Below, piece after piece: positions 42,819 through 58,766 of a DNA stretch of 64,000 bases (within the stretch, counting starts at the first letter, position 1; each line of letters opens with the position of its first letter). The stretch comes from the human T2T-CHM13v2.0 reference genome, Homo sapiens: the NCBI RefSeq assembly GCF_009914755.1, contig NC_060928.1; one strand, written 5' to 3'. The notes below the pieces were generated by a model. It made no database searches, was not told the DNA's origin, and saw only the letters and a list, made by a program, of their open reading frames with translations. The position numbers were made by a program, and so were the translations under genes.

Positions 42819-44416
42819 TGATAGATGGCAGTGGTGGCCCATCTGGAGCAGCCTCTGTGGGGATTCCTGCTGCAGCTGGGGAGGTGTGGCTGGGGCTGCA
42901 TGCTCCGTGGAGTTGGAGGGAGCCTGGAGCAGGTGGGAGCCCTGACCCTTTCCAAGTTGGCAGGTGGAGCGCTGCACTCCTGGGTACAGCTGCAGCCCCC
43001 TAGCTATGGCTGCCAACTTAAGGACCCAAGCATTCCTGTGCTCTTAAGGGCCTGGGAAGCCCCGCTTCCCTCACAGGCTCAGAAGTGTCTGCTGCCGCTG
43101 CCTTGTCTCTCCCCAACTCCCAGCACCCACTGTGATTTCGTAGCAAAGTTAAAGCCAAGCATGGGTGCTGCCCCAACCTGGCCAGGTGTGTGCTTGAGGA
43201 GGCACTGACATGCCAGCCCCCTGCTGCCTTGGCTTTCTCTGGAATTTGGGCACTGACAAGCACAAGAGGGCGGTCAAGGGGGTGCTGAGGATGGCTCTGC
43301 ACAGGACTTCTGGACTCCCTTGGCGCAAACAGCCTGGGCCCCAAGAATGACATGATTAATGGCAGCAGGAGGCAGAAACGTTCCTGTATGGAAAGGCATG
43401 GATCCTTGGTGAAGCCCCACCTTCAAGCCAGGGATGGCCTGAAGCCCAGGGCCAAGTTGTCAGTTCTGGGGAAGTCAGCCACTTATGGTGCTTTTTCTGT
43501 GCCCAGTCTTGGCTGCCCATGGACCAATCAGCAGGCACTTCCTACCTTCTGAGCCCATAAAAACCCCCAGACCCAGCCAGACTCACACAGAGGGGACTAC
43601 CAGCTGTGGGAAGGAGCTACCCATTTGGCATCTCCTCAGCCAGTCAGAACGACCTGCCTGCAGAAAGGAGCTACCCACTGTGGGTCTTCTGTCTGCTGAG
43701 AGCTGGACGCTCATCAGGATGACCTGCCTGTGGAAAGGAGCTACCCACTTTGGGTCTCCTGAGAACTGCTCTGCCACTCAATGAAGCTCCTCTACACCTT
43801 GCTCACCCTTCACTCCAGTTGTCTGTATACCTCATTCTTCCTGGATGTGGGACAAGAACTTGGGAACTCCTAAATGGCAGGACTAAAAGAGCTGTAACAC
43901 AAACAGGCCTGAAACATGCCCCCTGCTTGCCACATTGTAGATGAGGAGAAGGAGAGAAGAGCTTTAGCCCTTCAGGGTGCCTATACCTAGGAGCTCCCCA
44001 AGCTAGACCTGTGACACTCTCTTTGGGCTCTGCAGTTCCTGGCATCTCCAAACTTCCAGGTGCCACTGCATTCTCCTCATCCAGACATGGGTGCCCACAG
44101 TGGAAGCCACGTGCAATACATCTGGTCCTGGCACAGCTTGGCACAGAACTGGTACCTGTGCCAGCACCTGTAGCTTCCCACCCCGCTGTGCACAGTAGCC
44201 AGACCATGCGCTTGCTTGCCCACACACTCCTCTCCACTACGTGCCTGGTGCACCCTTGGCAGGTGTGTGATTCTGGCTGGTAGCACAAGCCGAGCATAGC
44301 CTGCTGGGATGAGTGGACATAACAAGCCCAGGGGCACAATCAATTACTCAGGCAGACATGCTGCTGGCCAAAGAGGTTTCTAGCTCGTGAAGTGACAGTC
44401 CAAGGATTCTGTGACA
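42819..44416 (+). mobile_element. MER52A-type ERV1 solo LTR (~1.6 kb)
   Basis: TGATAGATGGCAGTGGTGGCCC...GGATTCTGTGACA termini; GC-rich; internal aaggagctaccca repeats. Confidence 0.88.
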
Positions 44417-45480
44417 TGGGTAACAAGGAAGATATGGTGAAACGGTAATAATCACATATCAGCGGGCCAAGGTAGGCATTAGGGAAGGAATCAAAATCTT
44501 AGGCAGATTAAGTTTAAGAAACTTTCTCTGCAAGAGGTGGAAATGTAGAGAAAAATAAAGTTACCTCAAGAGAATGATTAAAAACAAAACAAAACATAAA
44601 CTCACAGTTGGTGAAATTGTGCCTCTCATTAAGCTAGGTCATCTATTGCAAATGAGAAGTGTTGCAAAGAGAAACTAAAGTTGAGAAGAGTTGTAAAGTA
44701 TCTGAGAGAAATTTACAGTTTGGTGACTAAAACAAGCCTCTTGTGTCTTTCGTAGTTGTGATTTGAAATATCTTCTCCCATAAGAACATGGGAATGCCAA
44801 GAACTATTATATAGGATCAAGAACTTGTTTATATTGTGACTTAGAAGAATGATATCAATTTTAAACATACAGATTGGATTTCATAAAACCTTTAAAAAAG
44901 TTTTTTCTTAAAGAAATGATTGAACCAGAAGTACCCATTCTGGGTAAAATAAAGCAAACATGCATCGACATTTCTCTCCCACTACATCTAGAAAACACTA
45001 CATCTAGAAAACCTAGATAAAATATGTGGAATAACTATTTGAGATCTTGCTAACATAAATATAAGTAGGTAGACTCAGGAGAAGCACCAAAATTCAAAAT
45101 ACTAAAGAAATGTCAGCTAATTTGACTTTTTATTGTTCTCGTTCCTTGTGTATTCACTACCCTGGAACTGAGAGGTGAGCACTGTGATACACACAGAGAG
45201 AGAAACTCTCTAGTTCTGGCTTGAGGAGTTAAAAATGGAGACTTCTAGGCTCAAAAAGATTTGGGAAAATTTTTCACGTTTTCACTCACTTATATTCCAT
45301 GCCCCAGGCCACCTTAAGCTGGGAGCAAGATGGCAACAAAAGTAGCCAACTGTAGAGGCAGCAATGCCATAGGAGTTGAAATTTCTTCTGTTAGATGGAG
45401 CCGTGGCTCTCAGAGTGGGGTCAAACCCATTGATTCTTTTTCTTCCTTTGTTTTTGTCTTCAAAAATTACAGGACAATCA

Positions 45481-45827
<347 letters not shown>

Positions 45828-46825
45828 TTAGGCTCAACACAAGCTGCCCATGTGTGACTATGTCAATAATTAGAATACAATAGACACTGAAAACTGTGGT
45901 AGCAGATAGACCTCCACACAGAGGTAAGGCTGACCACTGGGTAGCATGCATGGTGGAAGAGAGATAACAGCACAGCCTAAAAACTGAATTGCCGTTGGAA
46001 TCACAGCCACAGAATAGAACCATGACAATCTCCACTTGCATGGGAAAAGATAATGGATACCCACAAATAGACAGAGATGTTGGCAATACCTTACACAAAC
46101 TTTAATTTTTTACAAAAATGTTTGACCAAGCAATCCTGAAAACAAATGTCAAAATAGAAAAAGTAATTAAAATAGGTATAAAGAGGAAAAAAATTTAGAA
46201 CTGAAAAAATACAACTAAATTAAAAAATAACTCATTAAATAAACTCAGTAACAGAAAGTAGGAGGAATGAGTCAGTCAAATTGAAGAGAAGTCAACAGAA
46301 AGTATTCAATTTAACAACAGAGACAAAACATATTGAATAAAAATGAGCTATGGAACCATAGCAAATGCTGTGAAATTTGTGTCTCAGAGTCCCAGAAGGA
46401 GAGGAAAACAATGTAGGACTGAAAAAAAGTTAAGTATGAGGAAATATTTCTAAGTTTGGCAAAAGGCATAATCTCACATACTCCAGAAGCTGAAGGGGCC
46501 CAAAACTGTACATGCAGACACATCACAATCAAACTGGCGAAAATTTAACAATAAGACAGTTTTAAAGACAGCCAAAGGAAAATGACATATTCGCTGTAGG
46601 ATTCCAATTATTTGAATTTCTGTGGACTCATCATTTAAAAGTATGTAGGCCAGAAGGAATTAGCATAGTATTTTAAAGTACTCAAAGAAAAACAAAATAG
46701 AACTCTCAACCCATAACTCTATATCCAGCACAAAATATTTTTCAGGAGTAAAGGTAATTTAAACATTCTCTGCTGGAAGAAAACTCAGAGAATCTTTAGT
46801 GAGCAGACTTGTTTTAAAGAATTAT

Positions 46826-47370
46826 TACCCAGCAATCCCATTACTGGGTATATACACAAATGATTATAAATCATTCTTCTATAAAGACACATGCACACAT
46901 ATGTTTATTGCAGCACTATTGCAAAGACTTGGAATCAACCCAAATGCCCATCATTGATAGACTGGATAAAGAAAATATGGCACATATACACCAAGGAATA
47001 CAATACAGCCTTAAAAAAGAATGAGTTCATGTCCTTTGCAGGGACATGGATGAAGCTGGAAACCATCATTCTCAGCAAACTAACACAGGAACAGAAAACC
47101 AAACACCACATGTTCTCACTAATAAGTGGGAGCTGAACAATGAGAACACATGGACACAGGGAGGGGAACGTCACACACTGGGCCTGTCGTGGGTGAGGTC
47201 AAGGGGATGGAAAGCATTAGGACAAATGCCTAATGCATGTGGGGCTTAAAGCCTAGATGATGGGTTGATAGGTGCAGCAAACCACCATGGCACGTGTAAA
47301 CCTATATAACAAACCACCACATTCAGCACATGTATCCCAGAACTTAAAGTAAAATTTAAAAAAAATAAAA
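46826..47370 (+). mobile_element. L1PA8-like 3' fragment (5'-truncated)
   Basis: ORF2 C-terminus KTWNQPKCPS...HMFSLISGS and 3'UTR ggacaaatgcctaatgcatgtggggcttaaa. Confidence 0.9.
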
Positions 47371-47468
47371 ATTTTAAAAAATTAACAGAAGTTCTTCATA
47401 CAGAATAGACATGATACCAGCAGGAAACTTGAATATTAAGAATAAAGAAAGAGAAAAAAATATGCATA

Positions 47469-49181
47469 CAGTGGACTTTTGAATAAGACAGAGGCTAAAG
47501 AAACTGACCCCACACAAAGTTAAAAATCTGCTTATGATTTTTGACTATACCAAAACATAACTACTGAGTAACCTACTATTGACTGGAAGTTTTACCAATA
47601 ACATAAAGAGTTGATTAACTATTTTTGTGTTAAATGTATCATATACTGTATTCTTACAATAAAGTAAGCTAGAAAAAAGAAAATGTTATTAAGAAAATCA
47701 CAGGGAAGATGAAACATTTACTATTCATTAAGTGGAAGTGGATCATCAAAAGGTCTTCATCCTCACAGTCTTCACACTGACTAGGCAGAGGAGGAGGAAG
47801 AGGAGGGGTTGGTCTCGTTGACTCAGGGGTGGCAGAAGTGGAATAGGTGGAGAAGGTGGAAGGGGAGGCAGGAGAGGCAGGCACACTTGGTGTAACTTTA
47901 CAAAAATACATTGCAATTTCTGTCTGATTTTTTTGCCTTTTCATTTATCTAAATACGTTTCTATGGAGTACTAAATTTTTTACCGTTTGCTTTAATTTTG
48001 GTGCCCATATCATAGAAGAATCCATATTGTAAAATAAATCAAAAGCAGTCTTGAAAATCAAAAGCCTTCTGCCAGATTGTCTAATGTCAACTTGTTTTCT
48101 GGCCCTGGTTCCTCTATGTCTTCTTCAACTTCTGGCACTGTTTTGGAAGTACTTGTCTCCATCAAGTCATCTTTTGTTAATTCCTCTGCTGTGGTGTCTA
48201 ATAGCTTTCAAATTTCTCCATGATTCATATCTTGAAACTTATAACCCAGTCGTTTTTTGCCACATTTACAATCTCTTTCATTATTTCCTCAATTGACTCT
48301 GTCATAAATCCTGTGAATTCACGCACAATATCTGGACACAGCTTTCTCCAGCAGGAATTTATTGTTTGGGGCTTCATGTCTTTCGTAGACTTTCTATAAC
48401 AATGATGACATCTTCAGTGTTGCAATCCTTCCAGATTTTCATAATATTCTCTCTATTAGGATTCTCTTCCATATGATTGACAAGCCTTCACTGTAAAGTA
48501 TCATGTGTAATGAACCTTAAAGTTCTATATTACCTTCTGATCTAGAGGCTGAATTAGAAACATTGTGTTTGAGGTCAAGTAGACCACTTTGTTGACTTTG
48601 GTGTTGAACTCATGGGGTTCTAGGTGGCCAGGGGCATTGTCCAATATCAAAAGAGCTTCAGAAGGCAGTCCTTTACTGGCAGGGTACATTCTGACTTCAG
48701 GAACAAAGCATCGGTGGAACCAATCCAGAAAACGTGTTCTGGTTGTTGAGGACTTCTTGTTGTACAACCAAAAGACTGGCAGCTGGTATTTAACTTTTTC
48801 TTTCAGCGCTCAGAAATTTGCAGCTTTATAGATAAGGGTAGTCCTAATCATAATCCTCACTGCATTTGAACAAAGCAGTAGAGTTAGCGTATCCCGTTCT
48901 GCCTTAAATCCTGGTGCTCACTTCTCTTCCTTACTAATACATACCCTTTGTAGAATTTTTTTTTCCCCCATAATAGGTCACTTACGTCTGCATTAATAAC
49001 CTATGCAGGCAGATATTCATTCTTCTCAGAGATTTTCTTAATGGCATCTGAGAATTCTGTGCCTCTTGGTTGGCAGAAACTTTTCTTGAAAAGTTTTCTT
49101 GAAAAAAATTTTAAGCCAAACCTCTTTCCAAAATTATCAAACTATCCTTTGCTGACATTAAATACTCCAGCTTTAGATCTG
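47469..49181 (-). mobile_element. Tigger2 DNA transposon, 5'-truncated, with DDE transposase remnant
   Basis: TA|cagtggacttttgaa terminal repeat; ORF 48525-48767 FLDWFHRCFVPEVR...LLILDNAPGH...LIQPLDQ (pogo/Tigger DDE motifs). Confidence 0.92.
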
Positions 49182-49440
49182 TCACTGAAAATTCTAACCA
49201 GTGCAGTCAGGTAATAAAAATGAATTGCAGATTGCAAAACAAAAAATAAAACAGACTCTATTTATACATCATGCCTGTATATGTAGAAAACCCAAAAGAA
49301 TCTACAGAATACCTCCAGAACTAATAAGTGAGTTTTGCAAGACTGGAAGATACACAGTCAACACATGGGCAAAACAAACCATCAGAATAATTCCAAGTAC
49401 AGTAATAATTCAAGAATAAATGGTTTCAGATAATCTTATT

Positions 49441-49738
49441 TATTTATTTATTTGTTTATTTTTAGAGACAGGGTCTTGCTCTGTCACCCAGGCTGGAGTG
49501 CAGTAGCACAATCGAAGCCCACTACAGCTCCTGGGCTCAAGTGATCCTCAGCACCCCCAAGTAGCTGGAACTACAAGTGTGTGGCACTATGCTGGGCTAA
49601 TATTTTAATTTTTATTTTGTAGAGATGGGGGTCTTAATATTTTGCCCATGCTGGTCTCAAAGTCATGGGCTCCAGGGATCCATCCACCTTGGTGTTCCAA
49701 AGTGCTGAGATTATAGGTGTGAGCCACCACACCTGGCC
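49441..49738 (-). mobile_element. AluJ
   Basis: gagacagggtcttgc and ctcctgggctcaagtgatcc; TSD ataatcttattta. Confidence 0.9.
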
Positions 49739-51429
49739 TATAATCTTATTTAGTATGTCTTGAGACATCTGAAAATTTTCTAAAATTAAACTATACAAGA
49801 CACATTAAAAAACATACCCGAATCTCCAAATAAATTTATATAGCTTATTTATCAGTTATGAAAATATTTCCTTCTCAGTTTTCTTGGTGATAATCCTACA
49901 ATATAGACAAGATTTAGCACCAGCTCACTTTTTAGATATATATAATTTCTTTTGCTAGAAATTAGGAAATCATTTTCTTTTATTTACCTCCTGTTTTATT
50001 CTTTTACTGAAATCTTTGTCCTTCCTTTATTCTAAAACTATTGGTTATTTTAATGCGTATGCTGAGAGGAGAGATTGATTGTTTTCCCATATTTTCACAA
50101 ATGGGAATATCAAGAATAGCCTGAAAAATTCCACATTTGAGAAATGTTTCTATGGCCAATATGAAAATTCTCTAAAACTTAGGAAAACTCATATCTTTAC
50201 CCATTTAACATTTTAAAGAGATAAAGCAAAACAGTAGAAAGTCATGACAGGCAATCTGATCAAAATTCGAAAATTTTTACTTTTATCTTTTTTTGTTTGG
50301 GTAGATGACTATGCTATGCAGAATTTTCCTCTATTTTTAAGTTATCAAAATTAATTTAATAATATATTTTACTCTCTTCTTGTTGTTTTTTCTAGCCATT
50401 TTTTTTTGTTCAAAAATATGTTTCCATTAAGAATTGCTATTGAAATTTTAAACTTTTATTTACTACTACTTGAAATGGCGTCTGGATCCAATAGATATTT
50501 GGGAAAAAATGCTATTTTTTCCAACATTTTCATAAAGTGTTACTCCATTTCATGACATTTGCTTTTTATATATGTACTAATTCTCACTCTTCTTAAAAGT
50601 AAAACATCTATACTTACCTCCTAGCTACATGTGAACATTGATTTAGTGTTTTGTAGATAATATATAACCAGTGGTAGATAAGGTTGTATGATGACTAATG
50701 ATATAGCTATAACATTATCTTGTTTTCACTGCCAAAAAATTTTTACTTCACACACTCAGGGACAGATATCCAATGCTTCCTTGTTGTTTCTTATGTAATC
50801 TTGAGAGTTAAAAATATTGATAGTTAAAAATATTGACAGCATTGTTGCATTTAGTCATCTTCACTGCTTTTCAGAAGTAAGTTTCATGTAAACTGATCAG
50901 TAGGTTGAGACCCTAGTGATATGTTTCAAAGCAGCATATAAAACATGATGCTACACTGTTATTTTTTAAAATACCTTTTCCAGAGACTTGTCATAGTTGC
51001 ACTGCTTTTTTCTAAAGAGGATGTTACAATTTCAGTGTGCATGTCTATGAAATAAATGTTTTTAAATATAAACATTAAGTATTGTAGTTATGCAGTATTT
51101 CTAAGGCAATTCCAAAACTAAAACATACTGTCAATATAACATTTGTCAATCAGCATTTTTACCTTTAGGAAGTAATTCTTTTTTAGAACACTGTAAATAT
51201 ATTTGGACTTCAGACATTCATAAGAAAAGAAGAAAGTGTTTGGTAGATCATAACATAGTTTGTTTTCTTACTGTAAAGCCTTTTTCTGTTTATGGAGGCT
51301 CAAACAGCAGTTGAGAAAATAACTGACTCTGCTGTCTATTAGATTAATTTCAAGTAGTCAATATCGCTTTTCATTTGTAGTCTTCATTTTTACTCCAGTT
51401 TAGGTTATGTGGGGTTTAGTTTATTTTTG

Positions 51430-51752
51430 TTTTTTATTCTTCCTAGCTTTATTATGGTATAATTGACAAGTAAAAATTATATCTATTTAGTACGTAAAAT
51501 GTGATGTTTGGATATGTGTACACATTGTGAAATAATTAAATCAAGATAATTAACATATACATCCCCTCACATCTTTACAAATTTTTGGAGGTGAGAACAT
51601 TGAACATCTACTCTGTTAACAATTTTCATGTATACAATACATTATTAGCTATTGTCTTTATGCTGTACAATAGATACCCAGAGTTTATTCATCTTGTCTC
51701 GCTTGTCTCACTTGTTCGTCTTTGACTAACATTTCACCATTTTCCCCCATCC
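51430..51752 (-). mobile_element. L1MA8/9-like 3' end
   Basis: ctttattatggtataattgacaagtaaaaatt...acacattgtgaaataatt...gtatacaatacattatt. Confidence 0.8.
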
Positions 51753-52230
51753 AGTCTTAGTATTTAGAATTCCACGGGACTGAGATATTTCTGAACTCAG
51801 TTTCCCAAGTTGATTTTGTGGCAGAAACCTGGTTAGAGAAAAAACATCAACACTTTGAGAGTCACTAAAGTTGCATAAAACATAATAAGAAAAATATTTT
51901 GTATAGTAATGCTAAAATAAAACAAAACAAAAGCTAATTTACTAATAACTTTTGCTTACGTTTTTATTTCTCCTAAAAAAATGCTGACTAGAGCAGTCTT
52001 GTTCGCTACAAATCTTAATTCTAACTTTTAAGAAGCATAATTACACCCACATACATACACACACAGATACACCCACACACACACACACACACATAAGCAA
52101 ATTTAAATATGAACTTTATTTAAATATGAACTTTCTAAACCTCTTTTACCGCATCTGTAAAGGAATTAATTTCTATCTCCCTGTGTCCCAGAGTTGTTTG
52201 AGAATCAGATGAGATAACTAATACGCAAAC

Positions 52231-53030
52231 TATAAATCCAAGTACTAAATTCTGACCTTTTTTCTCTCTTGCCCAAATTCCCATCTAAGGGGCTTGGGGA
52301 GTCATGCCCTAAAAATCAGAAAATCTCATCAGATGGTTCTGTCTAACCTTATATAAAGTGGCTTACTTTCCAGGCTGACTCTGGCATCACATCACATGAC
52401 AGATAAAGAAGGAAATCAAAATATTTAGCCCCAAAATATGTTTCTTTGCCATATTTTGAAGTGGCCCTGAAAAGCCATTTTTATTTTTATTGGGAGAAGA
52501 TTTGCATTTGTAAAGAATCTCTTAACATAACTAGGTCTTTTCTCTTCCAGATCCTCGCAGTCCTGAAGAGACTGACTGATAGTCTAACACCTGAAAAAGT
52601 GAGAATAGAAAACATTTGCCATCTATTATTTCTAAGGGTGGCCACCTATGATATTTCATCTACATAATAAGAACTTTGATCTTCAAGACCCCTTATCTTA
52701 ACCCAGAAATTCCTTTCTATTGATTGAAGTTTTAAATAATAACTTGTTCAACCAATTGCCAATAAGAAAATCTTTGAATCCACTGATGATCTCTAAGCCT
52801 CCTCAACCCACCCTGACTTCGAGTTGTCCCACCTTCCCAGACCAAACCAATGTATACCTCCCATGTATTGATTGATGTCTTAGGTTTCCCTAAAACATAT
52901 ACAACCAAACTGCCACCCAACCACCTTGCGCACATGTTCTCAGAGACTCTGCCTCATGCCATGGTCACTTATGTTTGGCTCAGAATAAATCTCTTCAAAT
53001 ATTTTACAGATTTTGCTCTTTTCATCAACA
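52231..53030 (+). mobile_element. MER4 (D/E-type) ERV1 solo LTR, inserted in a MIR
   Basis: gcccaaattcccatctaagggg...ggctcagaataaatctcttcaaatattttacag...tcaaca; exact 4-bp TSD AAAC. Confidence 0.9.
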
Positions 53031-54714
53031 AAACACAAGTCAAATGCAAAATAGACTATAATCATTTAGAAAGAAGTATAGACATTGTCTCTCAAATGGT
53101 GGGAGGGCTTATTATTAATTTTCATATGTTAAATTGCTTTATAATTTTGTTGATAGCTATCTTACAGTCTTCCAAATAGAAGCACAAACTTCGGTACTAG
53201 TAAGTGATAAGTACATTTGATACATTCAGGTGTAATTAAAAGTCATCAAGAGTCTATTTTGGACCAATAAATTTGCTGATTTATATTGGGTAGGCACCCA
53301 CAAATACAGTACATGATGTTTTCAGTAAGAAGAGGCTATAGAATACAACACAAAATGGTGCCATTTAGAAATGCACCAATGAAATTTGTGAGATGGTTTG
53401 CACTGGACCATTTTATAATAAATCAGTGATTCATGAAATATAAACTCAATAAAGATAGATGCCAACTTTCATAACTATTTAAGAAACAGCCTAAAGATTA
53501 CATTAAAATGCCTTCCAAAATCACACTCTACAACTCAGATAAAATGTAAATAAGCAGTTTTTGCAGTATTGAGATGAAAAAACAAATCCATTCCGTGAAA
53601 TAGTTTTTTAAATACAAGTTACTAAAAATGGTAGTGTAACCATGATTTAAATTATAATAATGTTTAAAATTATTTCCCTTTGAAGATTTTAAAGATTATA
53701 TCTGAAGCACATTTCCTCTTTCTTTCAGTACTACTCTTCTATAAGTATAAAGAGAAAGCTTTAGATTGCTACATTTGTATAATCTATGTACCTTTAAAAA
53801 ATCAAAGTTATTATGAAAAGATAGTGTCTAAACTTAAGCAGCATCTGTCAAATGGGATTTTATAAAGGATTGAGAATTTAAGAAATACATATTTCTAGAC
53901 TGGTCATCAGAAATGATTTCATGCTTCTACTGCCACCTTTAATACATAATCACAAAAATGTCAGTGATAAAGTCATAATCCCTGCTCAATAAGTCAAGCC
54001 ATGGAACCTCAGGCTAAGTGAAATTTAAATCCTTTAAAACTTTGATTTTACCACCCTTGCTCATAACTGCTTGGAGGGTTTCTGCTATTTTTCTTATTAG
54101 TAAATATTTTTATCTGTAAGTTATTTTCTATGTGATGCATGGCCTATTGCATACTCTCTATTCCTAAGTATATGATATGAATTTCATTATTCTTTAATTC
54201 TTAAGACGGCATTGAAGAGTGGGGCTGTAATTAACATGCACACACACACACACACACAAAAGAAATGGAAGGAGACATATAACAAAAATGTGTGAGTTAT
54301 TCTGCTTAAGAATATCAACTTCTGCTACTACAGCAATGTTTCAGAACTTCATTTAATTAACAGAGAGGTCAAAAGGCATATTGAAGGCAGACTATTTAAA
54401 ACCAGATAGATCTGTATTTAAATTCTAGCTTTGTAAGTAGCTAAAACCAAAAAGAAATTCAGGAAATTTAATTAATTTATCTCAACTTCAGATTTCTCAT
54501 CTGTAGTATCAAAATATGTATATTTTCCTACCTGTTATCTATGATTTTGGAATGTGACACATGACACAAGCTGATAATATTAGTGACAATATGTCTACTT
54601 GTTCTTCCATTTCATTAGACATATTAGTAATAAAACATTGGTGTTAGTGGGAATGAAATCCTCAAACATTTATTTTTAACCGATTTTGTCTGAGTTTCAC
54701 TGCTTTCATTTCAA

Positions 54715-56140
<1,426 letters not shown>

Positions 56141-57377
56141 ATATTATGACATGAAAGAAGGAGCAAATCCTGGATGCTATGATGGGAAATTCAATATAGT
56201 ATAATGGTGTATAACCAACAGTAGAATTCTACTTTACAATTTATTTACATCAGTCCAGGAAATTCTGCAAACCCACCCAGCACAACTACAAAGAGCATAC
56301 GTGGGCTTGTTACATATGTCATACATTTGTAGACCTTAACAGAGTATAGGCAATTTGTAAAAAATATGAGCTTCCTGTGCTGGAGCAAAGATGACACAGA
56401 ACTAGCCCAATGAAAGAAGGAAGGCATTGTTCGTAAAACCTATGAGAAGATCCTGTTAAGTTCCTAGAGAGAAACAATTACCAAAAGGCATTTGTGAGAA
56501 ATGAAGACAGTTATTATTTATTTTATTTTGTGAAGAGATGCTTAATGAAACTCTGGAAAAGCTATAAATAGATTCAAAGTGATGTTACAAATGCGATATA
56601 CATATACCCCATGTATGTGTTACCTTTCCAAAAGCAGCCATTATTTCCTATCACCATACAACACAGAACTGATTGACAGTGTGGAGCAAACCATATATAT
56701 GTAATGGTTATAACTCATTTGTTAGAGATCTACATGACCATAAATTCCCCATTTTTGTTCATTTTTATTATTTATCATTTATCAAATTCTATTATATCCC
56801 GTTAATGTCATAGAAACTCATTTACACAACAGGATTTTGACGTAGTCAACACTAGCATCCAATACATTAACCAATATTTTTACCATAAAGGAACTGATAT
56901 CAAAATTAATTCAATTTATTTTTTCTTTAAATTTAGCTAGTAATAACTTATTCATATTCATAATAACTTCTTCAGAGTTTATAAACCTAAAATTTCTATC
57001 CTTAACATCTTTTCAGAGCAGAAATCAAGTAGATATTGAAGAATAAAATGCAATTATATTTGCAGTTTCTTATGTAATTCAGGTTAATATTATCCTAAAT
57101 TATACTTTTATGAGACAAGTAATTGTACCTTGAACTATAAAAATGAAGAATATGTAGTGATAAAAGTGATAATCCATGTTGAATACTTTGTAATATCCAA
57201 GTCCTGTTTATCTTTCAGCTCACTTGAGCATATTCTAGCATATTTCCATTAAATGTCCATACAAAATTCTTGTTCTACTTTTGTCTCTCTTTCAGTCAAC
57301 ATTTTGTATAACTGACTAATTTCTCCCATATATGTAAAGAGGAGATTTTATTTACATATAGTTTTGGTTAAGTATTC

Positions 57378-57683
<306 letters not shown>

Positions 57684-58048
57684 TGGTTAAGCGTTTTTAT
57701 GTAGGTCATCCTGTTATCATTGTCACCATCAATAAGAAGAAAACAAAGGTGTTCAATCTGTGATTTTATGAACTATTGCTCCTACTACATTTTAAAAATG
57801 TCATTGAATTCTCAGTCTCTTAACCTGTATATTTCCTCAGAATTTCTCAGTGTTCTTCTGGCTTTTCTTTCCTTCCCTACTCAAGCTTCATCCAGCTCTA
57901 TTTTTGTCAGTAAGTCAACTACTGTAGCTCATTATTGGACCTTCTCATGTGTTTTGTCAAATCTCATCCTGAGTCAATCCAATCATTTGATTCTATGCTT
58001 GTATAACAACATTAACCAAAGTTATTTAAGATACAAAAAAAATCACAG

Positions 58049-58341
58049 GGCCGAATGTGGTGGCTCATGCCTGTAATCCTAGCACTTTGGGAGGCCAAGG
58101 AGGGCAGATCACCTGAGGTCGGGAGTTCGAGACCAGCCTGACCAATGTGGAGAAACCCTGACTCTACTAAAAATACAAATTAGCTGGGTGTGGTGGTGGA
58201 TGCCTGTAATCCCAGCTACTCAGGAGGCTGAGGCAGGAGAATCGCTTGCACCCAGGAGGCGGAGGTTGCGGTAAGCCAAGATTGAGCCATTGCACTCTAG
58301 CCTGGGCAACAAAGTGAGACTCCATTTAAAAAAAAAAAAAA
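58049..58341 (+). mobile_element. AluSp
   Basis: gaggtcgggagttcg, cctgaccaa and ggagaaacc (Sp diagnostics); TSD aaaaaaaatcacag. Confidence 0.92.
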
Positions 58342-58766
58342 TCACAGCAGCAGCACACGTTTTATGCCATGGCACACACTGATCTTCAAAATCAACTGTA
58401 CTCTAAAAGCAAATTGCAAACCAATTCTTTGCATCACCTCCTTTTTCCAAGAGTGACTCATAGGGTTCCAAGAGTGACTCATTGTCACTACCACACTCCT
58501 CTCAAAAGATACTGATAGTTTCAGCTTCTCTGAGCTATTCACAGCCAGTCCCTACACATCTAATCTCATCCATTCTTACAATTAAAAATAGATTTAGAAA
58601 TTCATTAATTCTATCCACTATTTTTTACTATTTTTGAAAAATATGTATTTATCCTATTTTATATTAACAATTCATTAAAGAAGTGTCTATATTTGATCTA
58701 GCCACTCTGCAGTTTTTGTTTTCTCATTTTGAAATGGACCTGCCCCGTAGATAACCCATCCAATCT

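Noticed and set aside
43595-43760. Three spaced aaggagctaccca repeats resembling a CRISPR-like array
   Set aside because: Internal repeats of the MER52 LTR; the spacers are related to each other and the context is eukaryotic.
42696-44343. Dense overlapping ORFs in GC-rich islands (also 15287-16314 and 20755-21529)
   Set aside because: They lie within ERV1 LTRs; high GC content lowers stop-codon frequency.
48525-48767. Transposase ORF as a domesticated TIGD-like gene
   Set aside because: Short fragment of a truncated, frameshifted Tigger2 copy.
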